Positions 61,660 through 64,000 of a DNA stretch of 64,000 nucleotides are shown here, in pieces (the stretch's first letter is position 1; every line of letters starts with the position of its first letter). The notes beneath the pieces were generated by a model. The model did no database searches. It saw only the letters and a program-made list of their open reading frames with translations, and was not told the DNA's origin. The position numbers were made by a program, and so were the translations under genes. Source of the DNA: Escherichia coli (lineage in GTDB: Bacteria; Pseudomonadota; Gammaproteobacteria; Enterobacterales; Enterobacteriaceae); NCBI RefSeq assembly GCF_044324875.1, contig NZ_CP172185.1; one strand, given 5' to 3'.

Positions 61660-63894
61660 ATGGTTGCGGTAAGAAGTGCACATATCAATAAGGCTGGTGA
61701 ATTTGATCCGGAAAAATGGATCGCAAGTCTGGGTATTACCAGCCAGAAGTCGTGTGAGTGCTTAGCCGAAACCTGGGCGTATTGTCTGCAACAGACGCAG
61801 GGGCATCCGGATGCCAGTCTGTTATTGTGGCGTGGTGTTGAGATGGTGGAGATCCTCTCGACATTAAGTATGGACATTGACACGCTGCGGGCGGCGCTGC
61901 TGTTCCCTCTGGCGGATGCCAACGTAGTCAGCGAAGATGTGCTGCGTGAGAGCGTCGGTAAGTCGGTCGTTAACCTTATTCACGGCGTGCGTGATATGGC
62001 GGCGATCCGCCAGCTGAAAGCGACGCATACCGATTCTGTTTCCTCCGAACAGGTCGATAACGTTCGCCGGATGTTATTGGCGATGGTCGATGATTTTCGC
62101 TGCGTGGTCATCAAACTGGCAGAGCGTATTGCTCATCTGCGCGAAGTAAAAGACGCGCCGGAAGATGAACGCGTACTGGCGGCAAAAGAGTGCACCAATA
62201 TCTACGCGCCGTTGGCGAACCGTCTTGGGATTGGACAACTGAAATGGGAGCTGGAAGATTACTGCTTCCGTTATCTCCACCCGACCGAATACAAACGCAT
62301 CGCAAAACTGCTGCATGAACGCCGTCTCGACCGCGAACACTATATCGAAGAGTTTGTCGGCCATCTGCGCGCTGAGATGAAAGCTGAAGGCGTTAAAGCT
62401 GAAGTGTATGGTCGTCCGAAACACATCTACAGCATCTGGCGCAAAATGCAGAAAAAGAACCTCGCCTTCGATGAGCTGTTTGATGTGCGTGCGGTACGTA
62501 TTGTCGCCGAGCGTTTACAGGATTGTTATGCCGCACTGGGGATAGTGCACACTCACTATCGCCACCTGCCGGATGAGTTTGACGATTACGTCGCTAACCC
62601 GAAACCAAACGGTTATCAGTCTATTCATACCGTGGTTCTGGGACCAGGTGGCAAAACCGTTGAGATCCAAATCCGCACTAAACAGATGCATGAAGATGCA
62701 GAGTTGGGTGTTGCTGCGCACTGGAAATATAAAGAGGGCGCGGCAGCTGGCGGCGCACGTTCGGGACATGAAGACCGGATTGCCTGGCTGCGTAAACTGA
62801 TTGCGTGGCAGGAAGAGATGGCTGATTCCGGCGAAATGCTCGACGAAGTACGCAGCCAGGTATTTGACGACCGGGTGTATGTCTTTACGCCGAAAGGTGA
62901 TGTCATTGATTTGCCTGCGGGATCAACACCGCTGGACTTCGCTTACCACATCCACAGTGATGTCGGACACCGCTGCATCGGGGCAAAAATTGGCGGGCGC
63001 ATTGTGCCGTTCACCTACCAGCTGCAGATGGGCGACCAGATTGAAATTATCACCCAGAAACAGCCGAACCCCAGCCGTGACTGGTTAAACCCAAACCTCG
63101 GTTACGTCACAACCAGCCGTGGGCGTTCGAAAATTCACGCCTGGTTCCGTAAACAGGACCGTGACAAAAACGTTCTGGCTGGGCGGCAAATCCTTGACGA
63201 CGAGCTGGAACATCTGGGGATCAGCCTGAAAGAAGCAGAAAAACATCTGCTGCCGCGTTACAACTTCAATGATGTCGACGAGTTGCTGGCGGCGATTGGT
63301 GGCGGGGATATCCGTCTCAATCAGATGGTGAACTTCCTGCAATCGCAATTTAATAAGCCGAGTGCCGAAGAGCAGGACGCCGCCGCGCTGAAGCAACTTC
63401 AGCAAAAAAGCTACACGCCGCAAAACCGCAGTAAAGATAACGGTCGTGTGGTGGTTGAAGGTGTCGGTAACCTGATGCACCACATCGCGCGCTGCTGCCA
63501 GCCGATTCCTGGAGATGAGATTGTCGGCTTCATTACCCAGGGACGCGGTATTTCAGTACACCGCGCCGATTGCGAACAACTGGCGGAACTGCGCTCCCAT
63601 GCGCCAGAACGCATTGTTGACGCGGTATGGGGTGAGAGCTACTCCGCCGGATATTCGCTGGTGGTCCGCGTGGTGGCTAATGATCGTAGTGGGTTGTTAC
63701 GTGATATCACGACCATTCTTGCCAACGAGAAGGTGAACGTACTTGGCGTTGCCAGCCGTAGCGACACCAAACAGCAACTGGCGACCATCGACATGACCAT
63801 TGAGATTTACAACCTGCAAGTGCTGGGGCGCGTGCTGGGTAAACTCAACCAGGTGCCGGATGTTATCGACGCGCGTCGGTTGCACGGGAGTTAG
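61660..63894 (+). CDS. relA: GTP pyrophosphokinase, (p)ppGpp synthetase I
   Basis: 744-aa ORF recognised as RelA. Confidence 0.95.
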   Translation: MVAVRSAHINKAGEFDPEKWIASLGITSQKSCECLAETWAYCLQQTQGHPDASLLLWRGVEMVEILSTLSMDIDTLRAALLFPLADANVVSEDVLRESVGKSVVNLIHGVRDMAAIRQLKATHTDSVSSEQVDNVRRMLLAMVDDFRCVVIKLAERIAHLREVKDAPEDERVLAAKECTNIYAPLANRLGIGQLKWELEDYCFRYLHPTEYKRIAKLLHERRLDREHYIEEFVGHLRAEMKAEGVKAEVYGRPKHIYSIWRKMQKKNLAFDELFDVRAVRIVAERLQDCYAALGIVHTHYRHLPDEFDDYVANPKPNGYQSIHTVVLGPGGKTVEIQIRTKQMHEDAELGVAAHWKYKEGAAAGGARSGHEDRIAWLRKLIAWQEEMADSGEMLDEVRSQVFDDRVYVFTPKGDVIDLPAGSTPLDFAYHIHSDVGHRCIGAKIGGRIVPFTYQLQMGDQIEIITQKQPNPSRDWLNPNLGYVTTSRGRSKIHAWFRKQDRDKNVLAGRQILDDELEHLGISLKEAEKHLLPRYNFNDVDELLAAIGGGDIRLNQMVNFLQSQFNKPSAEEQDAAALKQLQQKSYTPQNRSKDNGRVVVEGVGNLMHHIARCCQPIPGDEIVGFITQGRGISVHRADCEQLAELRSHAPERIVDAVWGESYSAGYSLVVRVVANDRSGLLRDITTILANEKVNVLGVASRSDTKQQLATIDMTIEIYNLQVLGRVLGKLNQVPDVIDARRLHGS

Positions 63895-63902
63895 TCTTAC
63901 AT

Positions 63903-63940
63903 AGCTGGATATGGCGTCAGCCGTATCCAGCGATATCTTT
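63903..63940 (+). terminator. hairpin terminator after relA
   Basis: gctggata-tggcgtcagccg-tatccagc stem-loop followed by a T-rich tract. Confidence 0.5.
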
Positions 63941-64000
63941 TACTCGAAGGTATTACACCTGACAGACCCGCAATTTTCAGGACAATTCAATGAATCAAAT

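Overview
This window reads as a conserved enterobacterial (Escherichia coli-type) core-chromosome segment, gene-dense and syntenic with the K-12 aas-to-relA region in inverted orientation. This identification is from my memory of the proteins and RNAs; no database search was run. Gene content in order: aas (3' part), lplT, tas, ygdR, ygdQ, mutH, a DnaA-box-rich intergenic region (DARS2-like), rppH, ptsP, lgt, thyA, ppdA-ppdB-ygdB-ppdC, recC, ptrA, recB, recD, argA, amiC, one initiator tRNA-fMet, mltA, tcdA, csdE, csdA, ygdI, gcvB sRNA, gcvA, ygdD, rlmM, the fucose regulon (fucR, fucU, fucK, fucI, fucP, fucA, fucO), xni, sdaB, sdaC, ppnN, queF, syd, csrB sRNA, yqcC, truC, yqcA, gudP, gudX, gudD, barA, rlmD and relA. 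I found no CRISPR array, IS element, integrase, prophage remnant or defence-island-like cluster, and no evidence of a novel multi-gene system. The most notable points are strain-level differences from K-12 (a single initiator-tRNA copy; a relA downstream junction that appears to lack mazEF), several non-coding elements that ORF-based annotation misses (DARS2, gcvB, csrB, large palindromes), and a poorly understood orphan pseudopilin operon upstream of recC. Coordinates of gene starts were checked against start codons and ribosome-binding sites where the ORF track was N-terminally extended.
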